A DNA stretch of 32,000 nt, taken from NCBI GenBank assembly GCA_030167145.1, contig CP126532.1, positions 3,090,001 through 3,122,000 of the forward strand, in the 5' to 3' direction. Below, in pieces: positions 31,764 through 32,000 of the stretch (its first letter is position 1; each line of letters begins with the position of its first letter). Made by a program: the position numbers and the translations under genes. The notes under the pieces are model-generated. The model saw only the letters and a program-made list of their open reading frames with translations, made no database searches and was not told where the DNA came from. The DNA comes from Ktedonobacterales bacterium (GTDB lineage: Bacteria; Chloroflexota; Ktedonobacteria; Ktedonobacterales; JADMIN01).

Positions 31764-32000
31764 ATGGAGATTACCGAAATCATCCGGCGCGGCATCATCA
31801 CCGAGAAAAGCGTCTCTATGCAGAGCACGAGCCGCCCCGATGGCACCATCGTGCCGCGCTATGTCTTCCAGGTGGCGCTGGAAGCGAACAAGTACCAGAT
31901 CAAACAAGCTATTGAAGCGCTCTTTCCAGATGTCACCGTGCTCAACGTGAACACGATGCGCATGCCAGGCAAGGCGCGCACTACCCGCACGCGCAAAGGG
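31764..32000 (+). CDS. rplW: 50S ribosomal protein L23, N-terminal 79 codons (runs off the right edge)
   Basis: Hand translation from ATG 31764 (GGAGAAG upstream): MEITEIIRRGIITEKSVSMQ...YVFQVALEANKYQIKQAIEALFPDVTVLNVNTMRMPGKARTTRTRKG. Absent from the ORF track because no stop lies in the window. Confidence 0.9.
   Translation, partial: MEITEIIRRGIITEKSVSMQSTSRPDGTIVPRYVFQVALEANKYQIKQAIEALFPDVTVLNVNTMRMPGKARTTRTRKG

Overview
High-GC bacterial chromosomal window. EF-Tu, RpoB and RpoC look Chloroflexota-like or otherwise terrabacterial, but this is inference only and nothing was searched.

**Core genes.** The right half is a + strand block: rpoB-rpoC-rpsL-rpsG-fusA-tuf-rpsJ-rplC-rplD-rplW(partial). 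The middle holds housekeeping genes:
- pruA (P5C dehydrogenase)
- a DUF3311 plus sodium:solute symporter pair
- comEA
- a translationally coupled glycoside-hydrolase plus family-2 glycosyltransferase pair on the minus strand
- mobA
- an FTR1/EfeU iron permease

**Main candidate system (1432-4804).** The left 5 kb is the unusual part. It is a visibly lower-GC cassette; a hand-counted 123-nt sample at its start is about 50% GC. It encodes:
- a NucS/DUF91-type PD-(D/E)xK nuclease with a DUF5655-like tail;
- a large gamma-class methyltransferase-like protein with degenerate SAM-binding and NPPY motifs, fused to an HsdS-like specificity region and a C-terminal helical domain carrying an Rx5H (HEPN-like) motif.

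The second gene is split by a +1 frameshift at a T7 run. I read the pair as a candidate restriction-modification-derived defence or abortive-infection module. The cassette is bracketed by inverted copies of short motifs.

**Repeat region (4923-6136).** Downstream of the cassette lies about 1.2 kb of non-coding DNA that starts at a near-consensus promoter. It contains 18 same-strand ATCGGC cores in nested 9-nt tandem units, plus several REP-like hairpin modules. Those modules recur downstream of pruA.

**Smaller observations.**
- a 25-bp perfect palindrome over the FTR1 promoter
- a leader of about 720 nt upstream of rpoB
- a codon-usage discontinuity confined to tuf, which is flanked by hairpins
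- insertions or extensions in L3, L4 and the RpoC N-terminal region
- unusually long spacers inside the str/S10 cluster

No tRNA, rRNA, CRISPR array, transposase or integrase was recognised.
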